From Haliotis rubra (taxonomy: Eukaryota), in contig NW_025767455.1 of NCBI RefSeq assembly GCF_003918875.1, positions 310,001 through 374,000 on the forward strand: a stretch of 64,000 bases of DNA, in the 5' to 3' direction. The stretch's first letter is position 1. Each line of letters begins with the position of its first letter. The notes below the pieces were generated by a model. That model saw nothing but the letters and a program-made list of their open reading frames with translations, had not been told where the DNA came from and did no database searches. Shown here piece by piece: positions 62,901 through 64,000 of the stretch. The translations under genes were made by a program, and so were the position numbers.

Positions 62901-64000
62901 CTTTGTAAACATGTTCGTTATATACGTAGTTTTCTTTATTTGAAAGGGTGTGTAACAGCATATGGTAAACATACAAGCGACAAAAGAAAATACAACCCTT
63001 AAGCATAAGATATCTCAGTAAGCGTTACGATTAAGATGATATCATTATCACATGTCATTGAACCTTGTGTCGTGCAAAGGTGAGCGTATACTGACCCACA
63101 TATGACACAGTTATGACAGCGATGATGATCAAGTAGCATTATGCCGCGACACGACTAGATAACATGCAGAATGTATGCACGTGTAGGCTTGATATGCTGT
63201 TCTAAGTCTAATTAACCAAATTCAGCCGCCCCATCACGGGTTTCCTAAACAAACCAAGATAAACTAAACCAAAACGATTGTTTTAATGCATTTGAAAGTT
63301 GAAAGGACCGTTGTTAAAATTGGTGTCTTTCACATCACTTACTCCGTAAAAGGTACTCTGCGGTTGCCTAATTTGCCAAGTAAAGAGCTTTATGATTACT
63401 TCAATAAGGAATGAATTAACAGCCATAATCCCCAAATTTTGGAACTTTGTGCTGAAAGGAAACATTGATTTCTAAAGGCAGTTGCGTATTAAGCAAAATG
63501 TGTAGTTTAAACATAAAGGTTTTAAATCAAATTATATATTAGAAACTAAAACAATGTAGCACAGAGTGAGTATTGATGAATGAGATGATAAGCATCAATA
63601 CCAGATTCGAATGGCGCGTCATCCTTGGTTTTTCATTCATCCACACCTGATCTGGAGGTCAGATGACTACACAAGCGGTTATTACATGTTATTCTGTTAT
63701 TACATGTTACAAACCTACAGAAGGTGTATTCTATTTCTTTGACTTCCTTTAACTATGGAAGAGACTGTTTCAAAGTTATGTCATGCAATCCTTTAGAATT
63801 ATGGAAACATATGCCTTTGGTATTAAAATAGCTGCATTGAGAGGTTGTAAATGTCATGCATGTACATGTATATACCACAAAACATACTCTACATGTATAT
63901 TGTATTTCTGAAACAGGCTATAACTATTTACTGTCGAATTGTATGCGTCTGTGTTGTCAAAGCTGTCCTATAAAATTCATATAACAAGGAATAATCAATG

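Noticed and set aside
60682-64000. Short ORFs at the end of the window
   Set aside because: No recognisable domains or convincing exon structure.

Overview
This is eukaryotic, intron-rich, AT-rich DNA. The SINE content suggests a mollusc, probably a gastropod such as abalone (inference only). Manual splice reconstruction gives a cluster of three paralogous, non-canonical Notch-ligand-like (Delta-like) genes. All share a head of signal peptide, MNNL/C2-like domain, degenerate DSL and a single giant exon of homogenised 108-bp EGF repeats, but their tails differ completely. Gene 1 (minus, 11399->63, 13 exons) is a type I membrane protein: ~24 EGF, a basic S/T/K/P mucin stalk, a possible SEA-like module, a TM helix and an FxNPxY tail. 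Gene 2 (plus, 20311->31447, 14 exons, intact, 1018 aa) lies head-to-head with gene 1 and is secreted: 14 EGF, six furin-like Cys-rich modules and a C-terminal ShKT domain. Gene 3 (plus, 42131->53791) sits in a ~21-kb tandem duplicate of the gene 2 block. It has a duplicated, gene 1-derived exon 3 and a deletion of the EGF-exon donor. The rest is transposon-rich: Tc1, Harbinger, Ginger-like, Penelope with a candidate hammerhead ribozyme, R4-type and other LINEs, several SINE families, MITEs and a 32-bp satellite. Homopolymer indels and garbled stretches indicate consensus errors, so the frameshifts and even the duplication need read-level checks.
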